A stretch of DNA of 64,000 nt, taken from assembly GCA_965237955.1 (NCBI GenBank), contig OZ250169.1, forward strand, positions 5,792,001 to 5,856,000. Direction: 5' to 3'. The position numbers were made by a program, and so were the translations under genes. Below the pieces are notes generated by a model. The model worked only from the letters and a program-made list of their open reading frames with translations. It was not told the origin of the DNA and made no database searches. Source of the DNA: Candidatus Marinacidobacterales bacterium. GTDB lineage: Bacteria > Acidobacteriota > Vicinamibacteria > Marinacidobacterales > SMYC01. This document shows positions 61,590 through 64,000 of the stretch, piece after piece (the stretch's first letter is position 1; every line of letters begins with the position of its first letter).

Positions 61590-63611
61590 CTAGTTGAAGA
61601 CCCTCAACTCGATGCCGCCGTGCACCGTTCTCGGTGGGCCGAGAAGGGGGAGCGGATCGGCGCGAACTGCGTACTCCTCATCGAGGAGATTCTCGATCGC
61701 GACGTAGATTTGCAGTTTGGGCGCCACGGGGACGCGCACGGATAAATCGAAGAGGGCATAGCTTGGCAGCACGATGTCGTTGAGATCGTCTTCGAACGCA
61801 TCCCCGACGAGGCGAAGATCGGCGGTGAACTGCAAGCGACCGTCGTAGCCGATACCGAAGGGACCGTCGAAGCCGAAGGGACCGTCGTAGCCGATACCGA
61901 GGTTCGCTTGGTTCTTCGCAACCTGCGGAAGGCGAAGGTCCGTGTCGTCGTTAATGGCGTTCGAAAACAGGTAGCTGGCGCGGGCCGTCCACACGCGCGC
62001 GAAATTGTAGTTCACAGCGGCTTCGAACCCGGCGACGGTTGCGTTTCCGATGTTTTGACGTTGGCGAAGAATCGTTCCCACGGGATTGCCGGCGCAGTCC
62101 GCGCCGCCCACCGGGTCCGGTCCGACGCAGAGCGTGCGGTTCGCCACCGCGTCGAGGAGCCTGTTGTAGAACGCGTTTAGCCGGACGAGCAGGTCGCGGG
62201 TAGGGTAGAAATCGACGCCGATCTCGCCGCCCCACAGGTACTCTGCGATGAGCCCGTCGTTGGCGGTGGTGACGACGTTTCCGACGCGGAACGGCCGGTA
62301 GAGCTCGTTCAACGACGGAGCCCGGAAACCTCGATAGACCGAGGTCCTGACCGTAGCGTTGTCGGTGGCGCGGAACGTCAGGCCCGCGCGGTGGTTGAAC
62401 GTCCCCTTGGTGGTCGTGGTCTGATACAGGTCGAATCGTCCGCCGACGAGGAGATCGATCCGATCGCCAAACGTGAATACATATTGCGCGAACGTGCCGG
62501 CAAAATTCTGGGTCTCGTTGTTGCCGTCTATGTCGTCGTCCGGATCCCAGCTCACATACCGCCAGTCGAGCCCCCACTGGATGCCGATCGGCGTCCGCAT
62601 CGAGAACGAGCTGCCGAAGCCGACGGATGGAAAACGGGTCTCACCGAACGAGATTTCTCGATCGCGTCCAGGCAGGACGCGAGAGAACGTGCTCGCGAGC
62701 TCCTGCTTCTGCCCGTAGAAATTGAAGCTCCATGTGTCGGTGTCGTATCCGGTCTCGACGAGAAGGATCTGCGAGTCGTTCCTTTGTGCCTGCGTGCCGT
62801 TGTTACGCTTCTCGTCGTAGATGTTCACGCCGACGTGGAAATCGCGATACTCGAGACGCCCGAGGAACGTCTGAAACTTCGTCTTCATCGGCTCGTCGAC
62901 GTAGCCGCGGAGCGGCTCTCCCTCGTCGTTGGTTTCCGCCACGGGGATGTACCCGTCGGTGTCGAACACGCGACCCGACGCGATCCACGCCCAGTCGCCG
63001 CTGCGATGGGACGCGAAGATATCGGCATCGTAGGTACCCCGGTTGCCGATCTGGAGGCGAGCGTCGAGAGTACGTTCTTCCGGCGGACGCGGGATGAGCT
63101 GGATCGTGCCACCCAGTGCCGAGCTGCCGTAGAGTTGGCTGGTCGCACCTCGCGCGATCTCGGCGGAGCGGTTGGATGTCGCCGGTAGCCGGTTCCAATA
63201 GACCCAGTTACCGAACGGGTCGTTCAGGGGGATGCCGTTCCACAGAACGAGGCTCCGGCTCGCCCCGCTCGGGCCGATGCCGCGTAGCGACACTCCCTGC
63301 GTCGTCGGATGGGAGTAGAGGCTCGACGAGCGACGGAACAAGCTGAAGCCGGGCACCCGGCGCAGCGTGTCGTCGATGACGAGGGCGGGCGAGCGCTCGA
63401 GGGCTTCCGCGGTGAACGCGGTTACCAGCGAGGAGGCGTCGATGAGCTCCTGCGGTTCGTTGGCCGCGGTGACGACAACGGTCTCCTGGTAGGTGAGAGG
63501 CTCCTGCTCCTCGGCCTGGGATTCGGTGTCGTCCTGCGGTTTCTGCTCTTCTTGGTCCTGGTCAGCGGTAACCGCCGCGAGCGCGGCGGAGAGAAGAAAG
63601 ATCTTGAGCAT
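61590..63611 (-). CDS. TonB-dependent receptor
   Basis: Signal peptide; ETVVVTA TonB box; LRRVPG, LRGIG, YGSSALGG plug motifs; FRAPSLNELY; IENLLDEEY. Confidence 0.93.
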   Translation of the reverse strand: MLKIFLLSAALAAVTADQDQEEQKPQDDTESQAEEQEPLTYQETVVVTAANEPQELIDASSLVTAFTAEALERSPALVIDDTLRRVPGFSLFRRSSSLYSHPTTQGVSLRGIGPSGASRSLVLWNGIPLNDPFGNWVYWNRLPATSNRSAEIARGATSQLYGSSALGGTIQLIPRPPEERTLDARLQIGNRGTYDADIFASHRSGDWAWIASGRVFDTDGYIPVAETNDEGEPLRGYVDEPMKTKFQTFLGRLEYRDFHVGVNIYDEKRNNGTQAQRNDSQILLVETGYDTDTWSFNFYGQKQELASTFSRVLPGRDREISFGETRFPSVGFGSSFSMRTPIGIQWGLDWRYVSWDPDDDIDGNNETQNFAGTFAQYVFTFGDRIDLLVGGRFDLYQTTTTKGTFNHRAGLTFRATDNATVRTSVYRGFRAPSLNELYRPFRVGNVVTTANDGLIAEYLWGGEIGVDFYPTRDLLVRLNAFYNRLLDAVANRTLCVGPDPVGGADCAGNPVGTILRQRQNIGNATVAGFEAAVNYNFARVWTARASYLFSNAINDDTDLRLPQVAKNQANLGIGYDGPFGFDGPFGIGYDGRLQFTADLRLVGDAFEDDLNDIVLPSYALFDLSVRVPVAPKLQIYVAIENLLDEEYAVRADPLPLLGPPRTVHGGIELRVFN

Positions 63612-64000
63612 AGCTCGCTTCTACCCTACGTGTTGGAGGCCCCTTCATGGACGGGAGAATAGCACAAGCGTGAAGCGGCGGGCTGAGCCCGCCGCGGGGC
63701 TGGCCAAAGCAACGTGCCATGTTCTTACTCGTGAGGAAAACGAAGAATCGTCGAATTTCGGTGTTGGTTTGAGCTTAGCGGGCGGATTAGAGGAACGTGC
63801 AGCGGTGCCGACGAGGGGAGATCGACTCAGAACGTCATTCTTTGTCGACAATTCTGGAGTGCGGGCAAACGGGGGGGTGTTGCTAGACGACCAAAAATGA
63901 TGAGGTGCCGCGATAAAACCTTGTTACGTAGGCGCCCGGCTTTCCACATACGGGAGTCGTGGAGGAAAGCATCCCTCGGGAAAGCGCACGTCAGTCTCAC

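Noticed and set aside
63612-64000. Riboswitch upstream of the TonB receptor (cobalamin, TPP or c-di-GMP)
   Set aside because: Only isolated short matches such as GGGCAAAC; conserved cores absent

Overview
GC-rich bacterial chromosomal segment. Gene families suggest Acidobacteriota, possibly Vicinamibacteria (inference only). Housekeeping backbone: trxB, TlpA, purA, tRNA-Lys/tRNA-Glu, gldC-like, ileS, valS, hflKC, ggt, msrA. A decayed ~12 kb island (4183-16140) is integrated at tRNA-Glu and bounded by a 33-bp imperfect direct repeat. It has no integrase and carries a Clp-fold (SDH) protease plus a small ORF, an ECF sigma/anti-sigma/secretin-like operon, a phage-satellite-like remnant with a CI/c4-like structured leader RNA, and IS256, IS3 and ISL3 elements. 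Best leads elsewhere: (1) an unannotated UGA-readthrough U-x-x-C thioredoxin-like lipoprotein with a SECIS-like hairpin (33104-33664); (2) an operon of GT4 glycosyltransferase, a GriC/GriD-like carboxylate-reductase pair and a large ABC exporter (47471-55384); (3) an IleRS with deviant HNGH/KESKS motifs and an inserted domain; (4) a hidden four-Cys mini-protein coupled to valS; (5) a sigma54-driven small ORF; (6) a ~1650-aa secreted protein with two glycoside-hydrolase-like domains. Many single-base frameshifts suggest assembly indel errors. No CRISPR array or rRNA seen.
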